64,000 bases of DNA. Origin: an uncultured Acidobacteriota bacterium (lineage in GTDB: Bacteria > Acidobacteriota > Thermoanaerobaculia > UBA5066 > DATFVB01). Of this stretch, positions 1 to 9,568 are shown piece after piece. The translations under genes and the position numbers were made by a program. Position 1 is the stretch's first letter, and each line of letters begins with the position of its first letter. Where the stretch lies: positions 320,001 through 384,000 of the forward strand of contig CAWEYG010000001.1 of the NCBI GenBank assembly GCA_963813155.1, in the 5' to 3' direction. The notes beneath the pieces were generated by a model that was not told the origin of the DNA, made no database searches, and worked only from the letters and a program-made list of their open reading frames with translations.

Positions 1-754
1 CGATCGCGGCGCGCGCGTCCGCGGCGGACCGAATCGACTCGTCGAGGCAGATCGGCGTTTCCATCCGGCGGGCCAGCTCCGCGTGTTCCCGGAGATCCTC
101 GTGGTGAAGCGGCTGTTCGAGGTAGTCGAGACCGAATTCGTCGAGCCGGACGAGCAGCGGCGCGTCCTCGAGGGAATAGGCGGCGTTCGCGTCCGCCGTC
201 AAGACAATCGACGGAAACCTCGCCCGGACGGGTCCGACGACGTCGAGATCGCGCCCGGGCCCGATCTTGACCTTGATTCTCTTGTAGCCTTCGTCGACGT
301 GCCGGGAGACGAGCGCGAGAAGGGCCTCCTCGGTCGGCTGGAGCCCGAGCGAAACGCCGACGTCGACCTTCTTCCGGACGCCCCCGAGCGCCCTCGCGAG
401 GGACACGCCCGCCTGCTTCGCCTCGAGGTCGCGAAGCGCGCAGTCGACCGTCGCCTTGGCCATCCGGTGCCCGCGAATCGGCGCCGCGCGATCCGCGAAA
501 TCGGCGGAACCCGTCCCGTCGCGGCCGAAGAGCAGCGGAAGGAGGAAGTCCGCCAGGACGTGCCGCGCCGTCGCGATCGTCTCGGGCGAATACAGCGGCT
601 CCTCCTCCGCAACGCACTCCCCCCACCCGGAGAAGTCTCCGGAATCGAGCCGTAGCAGGAGAAACTTCTTCCACGAATGTTCTCCGAACGAAGTTCGAAA
701 CTTGAACTTCAGCGGCATCTCGACGCGACGAAGGACGGCCCTCCGAATTCGCAT
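1..754 (-). CDS. menC: o-succinylbenzoate synthase / N-succinylamino acid racemase (enolase superfamily), 3' end runs off window
   Basis: Not in the ORF track; manual minus-strand translation from ATG at 754 gives MRIRRAVLRRVEMPLKFKFRTSFGEHSWKKFLLLRLDSGDFSGWGECVAEEEPLYSPETIATARHVL, typical of the OSBS/NSAR subfamily; open to window edge. Confidence 0.85.
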   Translation of the reverse strand, partial: MRIRRAVLRRVEMPLKFKFRTSFGEHSWKKFLLLRLDSGDFSGWGECVAEEEPLYSPETIATARHVLADFLLPLLFGRDGTGSADFADRAAPIRGHRMAKATVDCALRDLEAKQAGVSLARALGGVRKKVDVGVSLGLQPTEEALLALVSRHVDEGYKRIKVKIGPGRDLDVVGPVRARFPSIVLTADANAAYSLEDAPLLVRLDEFGLDYLEQPLHHEDLREHAELARRMETPICLDESIRSAADARAAI

Positions 755-794
755 GGGCGAGCAGTTTCGCACGGAACTGGGATAAATTCCTCCC

Positions 795-1793
795 ATGGAT
801 TCGCTCGGCTTTCCGATCGTCCGGCTTCGCCGCCTTCGGCGAACAGCGGGACTCCGGGCGATGGCGCGCGAGACCCGGTTGTCGCCGTCGCAATTCATCG
901 CGCCCCTCTTCGTCCGAAAAGGGAAGAACGTGCGCGAAGAAATCTCGTCGCTGCCGGGAGTCTTCCGGCTCTCGCCCGACACGGCGCTTCGCGAGGCCGA
1001 AGAGCTCCTCGCTCTCGGAATCCCGGCCGTCATCCTGTTCGGGCTCCCGGAACGCAAAGACGAGGAAGGGTCCGAGGCATGGGACGATTCGGCCGCGGTC
1101 CAGGAAACCGCGCGGTCGCTCAAGAAGAACCTGCCCGAGCTGACCGTCGCAACGGACGTCTGCCTGGACGAGTACACGTCCCACGGGCACTGCGGGGTCG
1201 TTCGAGACGGCGGAGTCGACAACGACGCGACGCTTCCGCTCCTCGCGAAAACGGCGCTTTCCCACGCGCGCGCCGGCGCCGACATCCTCGCGCCCTCCGA
1301 CATGATGGACGGACGGGTCGCCGCGATTCGCGCGGAGCTCGACCGGAACGGCCTGACCGAACGGGCGATCCTCGCCTACTCGGCGAAGACCGCCTCGGCC
1401 TTCTACGGGCCCTTCCGCGAGGCGGCCGATTCCGAGCCGAAATTCGGCGACCGCCGGGGATACCAGATGGACCCCGGCAATGCGCGGGAAGCGATGCGGG
1501 AAATCGAGCTCGACCTTCAGGAGGGCGCGGACGCCGTCATGGTGAAGCCGGCGCTTTCCTATCTCGACATCCTCGCGAAGGCTCGCGCGCGCTTCGATTG
1601 CCCGATCGCCGCGTACAACGTCTCGGGCGAGTACGCGATGGTCCGCGCCGCGGGACGAAACGGCTGGATCGACGAAAAGCGCGTCACCTGCGAAATCCTG
1701 ACTTCAATCGTCCGCGCGGGCGCGGACTGGATCCTCACCTACCACGCGAAAGAAGCCGCGCAGTGGCTCGCCGACGGAACGTTCCTGGCCTAA
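795..1793 (+). CDS. hemB: porphobilinogen synthase (ALA dehydratase)
   Basis: RLRRLR N-terminus, [52 protein letters not shown] motifs. Confidence 0.97.
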   Translation: MDSLGFPIVRLRRLRRTAGLRAMARETRLSPSQFIAPLFVRKGKNVREEISSLPGVFRLSPDTALREAEELLALGIPAVILFGLPERKDEEGSEAWDDSAAVQETARSLKKNLPELTVATDVCLDEYTSHGHCGVVRDGGVDNDATLPLLAKTALSHARAGADILAPSDMMDGRVAAIRAELDRNGLTERAILAYSAKTASAFYGPFREAADSEPKFGDRRGYQMDPGNAREAMREIELDLQEGADAVMVKPALSYLDILAKARARFDCPIAAYNVSGEYAMVRAAGRNGWIDEKRVTCEILTSIVRAGADWILTYHAKEAAQWLADGTFLA

Positions 1794-1824
1794 GAAGCCG
1801 CCCGGCGACGAAGAGAGAACACGC

Positions 1825-3162
1825 ATGACGAAGAAGAAACGCGCCGAGTCCCGCCGGCGCGAGCGAAAGACTTCCCATTCGAGCGCCATCTTCCGGGAGG
1901 CGAAGAAGCTCCTGCCGGGCGGCGTCGACTCTCCCGTCCGGTCGTTCGCCGCGGTCGGGGGCGAGCCCTTTTTCGTGCGCGGCGGCCGGGGATCGAAGCT
2001 CCGCGACGCGGACGGAAACGTCTATCTCGACTACGTGATGTCGTACGGCCCGCTCCTTTTCGGCCACGCGCCGGGAAGGATCGTTCAGGCGGTGCGCGCG
2101 GCGGCCCGGCTCGGGACTTCGTTCGGAGCGCCGACGGAGCTCGAAGTCATGCTCGCGCGGCGGGTGTGCCGCGCGATGCCGTCGATCGAGAGGATCCGCT
2201 TCGTCTCCTCCGGGACCGAAGCCGCGATGAGCGCGATCCGCGTCGCCCGCGGATTCACGAAACGGGACCTGATCGTCAAGACCGACGGCGGCTACCACGG
2301 GCATGCCGACTCCTTTCTCGTCGCGGCCGGCTCCGGCGCCGCGACGCTCGGAATCGCGGGAAGCCCCGGAGTTCCGCAGGCGCTCGCGGAGAAGACGCTC
2401 GTCGTCCCCTACAACGACGCCGACGCTCTCGGCAACGCCTTCCGGAAACACGCGGAGCAGATCGCCGCCTTCATCGTAGAGCCCGTCGCCGCGAACATGG
2501 GCGTCGTGAATCCCCGGCCCGGTTATCTCGAGGCGGCCCGCGAGATCACGAAGAAGAACGGCGCGCTCCTGATCTTCGACGAAGTGATCACCGGGTTTCG
2601 GCTCGCGCTCGGCGGCGCCCAGGAAGTCTACGGAATCGTTCCCGACATGACCTGCCTCGGAAAGATCATCGGAGCGGGGCTACCGGTCGGCGCTTACGGG
2701 GGCCGCTCCGACGTCATGGCCATGGTCTCGCCCGACGGCCCGGTCTACCAGGCCGGAACGCTTTCTGGAAACCCGCTCGCGATGACCGCGGGAATCGCGA
2801 TGCTCGACACCCTCGCGCGCGACAAACCGTATGCCGAGCTCGAGCGAAAGGCCGCCGAGTTCGAGCGGCTCATGGCCGCGGAAATCGAAGCCGCAGGCGC
2901 ATCGCGACAAACCTGCTGGAACCGCGCCGGCTCCATGGGCACCCTCTTTTTCACGCCCGGGCCGGTGACGAGCTATGCCGACGCGAAGAAATCCGACACG
3001 GCAGCGTACGGACGCTACTTCCACGCCGCTCTCGACCGGGGTGTCTTTCTCGCCCCCGCGCAGTTCGAGGCGATGTTCTTCTCGACCGCGCATTCCGATG
3101 CGGACATCCGGAGGACCGCGAAGATTCTCGGAGAATCGCTGCGGGTCGCGCTCGCCGGCTGA
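1825..3162 (+). CDS. hemL: glutamate-1-semialdehyde 2,1-aminomutase
   Basis: PGGVDSPVR, SGTEAAMSAIR, YHGHAD, FDEVITGFR, LGKIIGAGLPVG (PLP lysine), YQAGTLSGNP; follows hemB. Confidence 0.97.
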   Translation: MTKKKRAESRRRERKTSHSSAIFREAKKLLPGGVDSPVRSFAAVGGEPFFVRGGRGSKLRDADGNVYLDYVMSYGPLLFGHAPGRIVQAVRAAARLGTSFGAPTELEVMLARRVCRAMPSIERIRFVSSGTEAAMSAIRVARGFTKRDLIVKTDGGYHGHADSFLVAAGSGAATLGIAGSPGVPQALAEKTLVVPYNDADALGNAFRKHAEQIAAFIVEPVAANMGVVNPRPGYLEAAREITKKNGALLIFDEVITGFRLALGGAQEVYGIVPDMTCLGKIIGAGLPVGAYGGRSDVMAMVSPDGPVYQAGTLSGNPLAMTAGIAMLDTLARDKPYAELERKAAEFERLMAAEIEAAGASRQTCWNRAGSMGTLFFTPGPVTSYADAKKSDTAAYGRYFHAALDRGVFLAPAQFEAMFFSTAHSDADIRRTAKILGESLRVALAG

Positions 3163-3192
3163 AACTTCCCGCTGAGGTATCCTTTCCCCAGC

Positions 3193-4162
3193 TTGCAGCC
3201 CGACATCGTCGCCGCGATCGATCGCCTCGAGGGCGAGAACGTCCTTCCTCCGCCGACCGCCGCATCGCTCCGGCGCGTCGCGAAGGGCGATCTTGTCTCG
3301 GTTCGATTCGAAATCCGCGCGTTCCTCTACGGCGGAGTCGCACTGATCGCGGCGGGCGCGGGCCTGTTCGTCAAGGAGCACTACCGCCAGATCGGCCCGG
3401 TCGCGATCACGCTCGCCCTGAGTCTCGCCGGCGGGGCGTGCCTCCTGTACGTCCTGAACCGCGCGCCGGATTTCTCGTGGAAGGCCGTTCCCTCGCCGAC
3501 CCTCGCGTTCGACTACGTTCTGCTCCTCGCGGTTCTCCTCTTCGGCGCCGACCTGGCGTACGTCGAGGCGCAGTTCCGCCTGCTCGGGCCGAACTGGGAG
3601 TATCACCTGCTCGTGTATTCGCTGATCTGCCTGGTGGCCGCCTTCCGTTTCGATTCCGCCGCCGTCCTCTCCCTCGCGCTCACTTCCTTCGCCGCCTGGC
3701 GGGGAGTCGCGGCCCGGAATCCGCTCGCGATTCTCTTCGCGGACCCGACCGCCCGAATCCGGGCGAACGCGATCTTCTGCGGCGCGCTGTTCGCGGCCGG
3801 CGCCGTCTGGAGCGCCCGCGCCCGCCGGAAAGCCCACTTCGAGCCCGTCTGGGCGAACCTCGGCCTTCTCCTCGATCTTCGGAGGGCTCCTTTCGGGGGT
3901 CTTCACCGCGGGAAACTGGATGATCTGGGAGATTCCCCTGCTCGTGGTCTGTGCCGCGGCGCTCGCGATCGGGCTTCGGTTCGGACGCGAGCTCGTTCTG
4001 GCGCAGGGCGTGCTGGCCGGCTATGTCGGCCTGCTCAAGATCGTTCTTCACCCGCTCCGCGACGAGGTCGCCGTTCTCGCCGTCATCACCCTCTCGGGAA
4101 TCGGCGTGCTGGCGCTCCTGCTCGTGCTGCACCGGACCGTGAAGGCGCGACATGCGCCGTGA
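3193..4162 (+). CDS. multi-pass membrane protein (DUF2157-like), apparent frameshift near 3873
   Basis: Hydrophobic helices in ORF 3193 up to NLGLLL; removing one base at ~3873 continues as IFGGLLSGVFTAGNW into the MIWEIPLLVV ORF (3920..4162). Confidence 0.65.
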
Positions 4163-5330
4163 GCTCGCGGCCGCCGAGCGTCACGTCGCCGTGCGCGACG
4201 CCGCCCGCGGATGGGCGAAAGCCGGGGCGATCGGCGAGGACACCCGGCTCGACATCGATTCGCGATTTCCGCTCGACCGGGTCGGGAAACCCCTCGTCTG
4301 GAGGATCCTGATCTTCTTTTTCTCCTGCGTGATTCTGTGCTCGTTCTTCGGCCTCGTCGCCGCGACGAACCGGCCCTCGAGGGACGGATTCACCGTTCTC
4401 GCGCTCTTTTTCGGCGTCGCGCTCGCGGTCGCGACCGAATTCCAGCAGGGCCCCCTCCGCTTCGACGGGACCGGGGGCGAAGCCGCGACGTCTTTCCTGT
4501 CGCTGGCGTTCCTGACCGCGGCGGCGGCGTCGAGCTTCCTCGGGTCTTCGGCTTCCCCGCCCCGGATCGGCTCGACCCTTCTCTTCGCCGGGGTCGTGTG
4601 CGCGGCGGGATGGTGGAGATGGGGGTTTCCGGTCTACGCGCTCTTTTCGGCCGCTTCGGTCTTTTTCTGCATTTCCATCTTCGTCCCCGTTCCGCGCCTC
4701 GGATGGATCGCCGCCTCCGCTGTTCTCGCGATCCTCGCGGCCAGGCGCCGGGACGACGCGCGTCTGGCGCCGGCCCATCGGGCGGGGATGAGCGTCGTCC
4801 TCGCGGCCGCTCTCGCGGCCGCTTACGCGGCGGTAAACCTGTACTCGCTCGACCAGGGCGCGATCGAGGAAGCGCGGCCGGGGCCGTCCGCGGCAAGGCT
4901 CGCCGGGCCGCTGGTCCGGGGCCTCGCGATCGCGGCCACGGCGATCTTCCCGATCCTCCTGGCCATGGCGGGCGCGAGGAAGCGCAGCCGGCTGTTCCTC
5001 GACCTCGGAATCGTTTTCGGCGCGCTCTCGCTCGCGACGCTCCACTCCTACGTTCGGCTCGGTCCTCTGTGGCTCGTGCTGACGGAGACGGGCGCCGGTC
5101 TCGTCCTGCTCGCGATCTGGACCGAGAGATTCCTCGGCCGGGGCCGCGGCCGCGAACGCGCCGGTCTCACCGCCGAGCCGCTCTTCGAAGACGTCTCGCG
5201 CGCGCAAATGCTCTCCGCCGCGGCGGCCGCTGCGACGTTCGCGCCGGAATCCCGGGCCGCCGAGCCCGGGACCGGGCTCTCGGCCGGCGGCGGAGACTTC
5301 GGGGGCGGGGGCGCGAGCGGAGAGATCTGA
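4152..5330 (+). CDS. multi-pass membrane protein with C-terminal GGGDFGGGGASG tail
   Basis: About 10 hydrophobic segments; overlaps the upstream stop (operon-like). Confidence 0.75.
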   Translation: MRRELAAAERHVAVRDAARGWAKAGAIGEDTRLDIDSRFPLDRVGKPLVWRILIFFFSCVILCSFFGLVAATNRPSRDGFTVLALFFGVALAVATEFQQGPLRFDGTGGEAATSFLSLAFLTAAAASSFLGSSASPPRIGSTLLFAGVVCAAGWWRWGFPVYALFSAASVFFCISIFVPVPRLGWIAASAVLAILAARRRDDARLAPAHRAGMSVVLAAALAAAYAAVNLYSLDQGAIEEARPGPSAARLAGPLVRGLAIAATAIFPILLAMAGARKRSRLFLDLGIVFGALSLATLHSYVRLGPLWLVLTETGAGLVLLAIWTERFLGRGRGRERAGLTAEPLFEDVSRAQMLSAAAAAATFAPESRAAEPGTGLSAGGGDFGGGGASGEI

Positions 5331-5340
5331 GCGTGGCGCC

Positions 5341-6243
5341 GTGAAGCCTCCCTTCCCGGGACCGCTCGTCCGATACGTGCTTCCGAAACGCGACCTCTGG
5401 CGGCGCATTTTCGTCGAGCGCCTGACCGAGCCGCTGCATCTCAACGTCCTGTCGCTCTTTGTGGCGGTTTTCGGAACCTATCGCGCGAAGATCGCGTTCG
5501 ATCTCATCCTCCGGCAGGAATACGCCTACGGAATGCAGCAGGCCGCCGCCCTCGCAAAGGCGCGCGGCCTGTCGCGCGTGACGATCGTGGAGCTCGGAGT
5601 CGGAGCGGGGACGGGGTTGCTGAATCTGTGTGCGATCGCGAAGTCGCTTTCGCCCGCCGCCGGCGTTCGATTCGAGATCGTGGGTTTCGATTCCGGTCGG
5701 GGCCTGCCGGCGCCCGCGGACTATCGGGATCATCCGGAGGCCTACGGACAGGGCTGGTACCCCATGCATGCGGACAAGTTAGCCGGCGCGCTCGCCGGAG
5801 CGGCGACGCTCGTCCTGGGCGACTTCGCGGAAACGGTCGTTCCGTTCGTGAAGCAGCTGGACCCCTCGGCGCCCGTCGGGTTTGCGATCCTCGACGTCGA
5901 TTACTACTCCTCCGCGAAGAGCGCGCTCGAGCTTTTCGCCGGCCCGCCCTCCGTCTACCTGCCGTATTTCCCGGTTTACGTCGACGACATCAAGCTTCCG
6001 TCGCACAATTCGCGCGCCGGCGAAGCGCTCGCGATCGAAGAGTTCAATCGCGATCACCCCGATCGCGTTCTCGAGTTCGACCGCTTCCTCGTTCACTCGC
6101 GGATCTTCAAGCACGCGCGATGGTTGAGCCACATGCACAAGCTTCACGTTCTCGACCATCCGGAAAGAAACGATCTCTCGCCCCGGGGGCAGATCCGCGA
6201 TCCCGGTAATCCCTACCTCACGGAACGGCTGCCGGCCTCCTGA
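5341..6243 (+). CDS. putative class I SAM-dependent methyltransferase-like protein (TylF/MycF-like)
   Basis: IVELGVGAGTG, GFDSGRGLP and ILDVDYYSS resemble TylF-family motifs. Confidence 0.6.
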   Translation: MKPPFPGPLVRYVLPKRDLWRRIFVERLTEPLHLNVLSLFVAVFGTYRAKIAFDLILRQEYAYGMQQAAALAKARGLSRVTIVELGVGAGTGLLNLCAIAKSLSPAAGVRFEIVGFDSGRGLPAPADYRDHPEAYGQGWYPMHADKLAGALAGAATLVLGDFAETVVPFVKQLDPSAPVGFAILDVDYYSSAKSALELFAGPPSVYLPYFPVYVDDIKLPSHNSRAGEALAIEEFNRDHPDRVLEFDRFLVHSRIFKHARWLSHMHKLHVLDHPERNDLSPRGQIRDPGNPYLTERLPAS

Positions 6244-7097
6244 TAGGCCTTTCGTGCCCCCTCGTAGCAGGACCGGTCGTAGCTCGCGTCGTTCAGATCC
6301 TGTTCCATCAGCGGAAGGGTCGCGCGCATCAAGGCCGCGTCCCCGCTCTGCGAAACGATGTACGCAGCGTTGCAAGCCGCCACCGTCCCGAACCGGCCGA
6401 CGTCGATCCAACCGACGTCCCGGATCACCTTCTGAAGATCGCGGTCCGCCTTCGTCGCCGCCTTCCGAAGCTTCTCCGGATCGGCGAGCGATCTCAATCG
6501 ATTCGCGGATCCCTTCAGGTCGTCCTGGATCGAGCGGATGAACGCGCTGCCCAGGCTGCGCGGATCGGGGATCGGAACGACGTCCGCCGGAGGAGGCGGG
6601 ACCGCGGCGGTCGAGACCGCTGCGGGAGGCTCGGCAGCGTTCGGTGCCGTCGGCGCGGCGGATTCCATCCACAGATCGCGCGAGACTTTCCAGCCGCCCT
6701 CCGCCGCGCGCTTCCACACCGCGAGGTAGATCATGCGATCGACGGTTCGTGACCTGCCCGGAAAATCCCATTGCGCCACGGTCTGACCGCTCTCGACGGC
6801 GATGTCTTCACACACTTCGAGGTTCGAGGTCTCGAACCTTTCGTCCACGAGCGTCCCGCCCGCCTTCACGAACCGTTCGAGCCGACGAACGGCCGATTCC
6901 CGTCCGGCGGCGCGGTCCAGGTACATCTCCGACATGCCGTCGGTGTCGCGGCGGACTTCGGCGCGCGCGAACCGCGCCTGCTCGTCCTCGATCGCCTGTC
7001 GAACCGACGCCGCGCCGGATTCCGCCGCCGCGGCAGGCCGCGAGAGCGCGGCCAGGAGAAGAACGGGGATCGCGATCCTCGGAGAGCGGGTCTTCAT
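6213..7097 (-). CDS. secreted protein: NTF2/SnoaL-like (DUF4440) domain, Pro/Ala linker, DUF6624-like C-terminus
   Basis: Signal peptide MKTRSPRIAIPVLLLAALSRPAAA; YLAVWKR..GGWKVSRDLW; C-terminal LQKVIRDVGWIDVGRFGTVAACNAAYIVSQS; start chosen by AATAAT 6 nt upstream. Confidence 0.6.
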   Translation of the reverse strand: MKTRSPRIAIPVLLLAALSRPAAAAESGAASVRQAIEDEQARFARAEVRRDTDGMSEMYLDRAAGRESAVRRLERFVKAGGTLVDERFETSNLEVCEDIAVESGQTVAQWDFPGRSRTVDRMIYLAVWKRAAEGGWKVSRDLWMESAAPTAPNAAEPPAAVSTAAVPPPPADVVPIPDPRSLGSAFIRSIQDDLKGSANRLRSLADPEKLRKAATKADRDLQKVIRDVGWIDVGRFGTVAACNAAYIVSQSGDAALMRATLPLMEQDLNDASYDRSCYEGARKAYQEAGSRSVR

Positions 7098-7148
7098 CCG
7101 GCGATTATTCACGAGGACCGCGATCCTCACAACTTCGATTTCCAGCCG

Positions 7149-7934
7149 TCAGCGAGACGGCTCCGGGCAATAAGGGGAAAACCCGGCGGCCGCCTCGCGC
7201 CGCTCGAGAGCGTCGGGCCGACCCGGCAGAACTCCGAGCCGGACGAGCTGGGGATGAAATTCGTAGCGAAGGCGCACCGACGCCGCCGGCTGGCGCTCGA
7301 GATCCAGCGACACTTCGTAAACCTCGTGAGAGTCGCGGCGCCCCATCCCCGTCGCCGCAAATTCGTCGGAGAGGTCTCCGACCCCGGTCTTCGCTTCGCT
7401 CCGGGGCGCGGGCACTCCTCCGGCGGCGGATTCCCTGCGGACTCCCGGATCTTGCGAAGGCTGCGGCGCGGACAACATCGGAACGGGAAGCGGGGCGTGC
7501 TCTTTGTAGAACACCGCCTCGATCACGCCGAGGTCGCCGGTCTTTCCCAGCCACGCGCCGTAAGAGCCCTTCTCTCCCGTGAAGAAAAACTCGCGCGCGT
7601 CCGAGCCGTCGACCTGCCAGCCGGGGATCGTCACCGTCTCGTGGGGATCGAGAATCCACTTTTTCGCGCTCCAGGCATCCGTGTGACGGGCATCGATCGT
7701 GTTGAGCCCGTCCACGGCAAGCGCGACCGCGACCCGGTACGCCAGCGGGTTCGTGATTCGCAGCGCGTACCGCTGCCCGCGAACGGCTTCCACGTAGACG
7801 GAACCCCGGCCGCGGAGCTCGGATACCGGAGCGCCGTTGACAAGGACCGAGACCGAAAACCCGCGATCCTCCGCCGCGTGAGCCTCGGCCGCGAGGATCA
7901 GAAGACCGGCAAACCACTTCCATCGTCGTCCCAT
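7149..7934 (-). CDS. conserved hypothetical secreted protein
   Basis: Signal peptide ending AEAHA; YVEAVRGQRYALRITN..VAVALAVDGLNTI..IPGWQ..FFFT..LGVIEAVFYKE looks like an uncharacterised beta-rich family. Confidence 0.75.
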   Translation of the reverse strand: MGRRWKWFAGLLILAAEAHAAEDRGFSVSVLVNGAPVSELRGRGSVYVEAVRGQRYALRITNPLAYRVAVALAVDGLNTIDARHTDAWSAKKWILDPHETVTIPGWQVDGSDAREFFFTGEKGSYGAWLGKTGDLGVIEAVFYKEHAPLPVPMLSAPQPSQDPGVRRESAAGGVPAPRSEAKTGVGDLSDEFAATGMGRRDSHEVYEVSLDLERQPAASVRLRYEFHPQLVRLGVLPGRPDALERREAAAGFSPYCPEPSR

Positions 7935-9568
7935 AGGGCCTCCTTTGCCTCATGAGACACCGGCGCCGGCATAAGGTTCCCGGCCCGGGCGAGCCGGACC
8001 GGCGCGGAGACCAGAATGTAGAACCAGTCGGCGAGCGGCGAGCGAATCAGCTCATGGTCCCGTTCGAGCAGCGGGAGCAGAAACGCGTTGCGCGGGTCTT
8101 CCCTCGCGGCAATGTACACGGTCACGCCGTGGGCGATCTCCGAATCGAGGAACGGGACGAGGACTGCCGCTTCGGCTCGAAGCGATCGAGCGTCGTCCGC
8201 AGTGACGGCCCCCTCGCGCCAGCCGGGGTGCTGCTGCTGGGATGCGGGGAACGACACCAGCCGCACCCTCGAATCGCCCGCCGCGTAATACTCGAGCGGA
8301 GGCCGGGCAAGGCCGAGCGTGACGACGTCGGCAGACTGCCCCGGCGCGAGGCGCCCCCGAACGTCACGAAGGATGAGCTGCTCCCGCCGAGTCGGCCGCG
8401 GCCCGAAACGGGGGCGCCACTGGGGCACGACCGTCCACACGCAGGCGGCGGCGAGAAGCGCCCCGAGGACGCGCGCCGGGGGGCCCGCGCGGAATGCGGC
8501 CCGGGCCGCGAGCAAAGCGAGACCCGTCTCGGTGATCACTTCGAGCCGTCCCGGCAGCCCGATCGGTCGGTCGGCGAAAAGCGCCGCGGTCTCCAGAAGG
8601 AGAAAGCCGAAGAGGAGGAACGAGCCCGCGAGGGTTAGAAACCGTTCTCCCCGGGTATTCTCGCTCGAGCCTCTCCCTCGCGCCGATCCCCAGGCGAGAA
8701 GCACGACGACCAGAAGCGCGGACACGATCTCGCGCGCCGACAGCTGGGGAAGGATCGTGCCGGCCATCGGCGGATACGGCTTGCGCCACCCCGGCAGCGA
8801 AATCCGGGTGGACACGAGAATCGGCGCCCAGCGAGGAACGCCGCCCCAGATCTCGCGAATGTAGTCCGCGGCGCCGCGGGGAAGCCGCAGGGCCGCCGGA
8901 GTCCAGGCGAGCGCGGCCGCCGCGCCGGCGAGCAGGATCGCGGAGCCGCGCCCGCGTCCCCGCGCATCCCCGGCGGACAGGAGAGCGGCGAGGCCCACCG
9001 CGAGGACCGCGGCCGTTCCGTAGAAGTGCGTCGATCCCCCGGCCAACGTGCAGAGGACAGCGAGGGCAAAAAATCCTCTTCGCTCCGGCTCGGCTCCGGC
9101 GCGGACGAGCGCCCAGATCTGGAGGACGACGAGCAGCACGAGCAGGGCGTAAGGCTTCGCGTCCGTCGACTGGTCGATCTGGACCGTCGAGAGGCCGAAG
9201 AGCAACGCTGCCACGATCGCCCCCACCGAACCGAAGACGCGCCGGACGGCGTCGGCGAGAAAGCCGAGCGCGGCCATTCCGCAGAGAAGGGAGACGGTCT
9301 TCAGGGCGACCGGCCCGTCCCCGAAGAACGAGCCCCAGACCTTCATGCCGACGAAATACAGCGGAGGATGCGCCTCCGCGCGCACCGCGCCGAGGATCCG
9401 CGACCAGGAGTTTCGAGCCAGGTTCGCCGTCAGGAATTCGTCGAACCAGAGGAACTTGTCGTGGATCGCGGAGAGCCGCAGGAGGAGCGCGAGCCCGAAG
9501 ACGCCGCAGAAAATGCCGAACGCGGCGAAGAGCGAGCTCCTAGCGCCGCGCGCGTTTCCGGCTTCCAC
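7898..9568 (-). CDS. GT-C fold glycosyltransferase (GT39/ArnT/PMT-like)
   Basis: LWFDE and HPPLYF motifs followed by many TM helices; overlaps uvrA stop. Confidence 0.8.
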   Translation of the reverse strand: MEAGNARGARSSLFAAFGIFCGVFGLALLLRLSAIHDKFLWFDEFLTANLARNSWSRILGAVRAEAHPPLYFVGMKVWGSFFGDGPVALKTVSLLCGMAALGFLADAVRRVFGSVGAIVAALLFGLSTVQIDQSTDAKPYALLVLLVVLQIWALVRAGAEPERRGFFALAVLCTLAGGSTHFYGTAAVLAVGLAALLSAGDARGRGRGSAILLAGAAAALAWTPAALRLPRGAADYIREIWGGVPRWAPILVSTRISLPGWRKPYPPMAGTILPQLSAREIVSALLVVVLLAWGSARGRGSSENTRGERFLTLAGSFLLFGFLLLETAALFADRPIGLPGRLEVITETGLALLAARAAFRAGPPARVLGALLAAACVWTVVPQWRPRFGPRPTRREQLILRDVRGRLAPGQSADVVTLGLARPPLEYYAAGDSRVRLVSFPASQQQHPGWREGAVTADDARSLRAEAAVLVPFLDSEIAHGVTVYIAAREDPRNAFLLPLLERDHELIRSPLADWFYILVSAPVRLARAGNLMPAPVSHEAKEALWDDDGSGLPVF

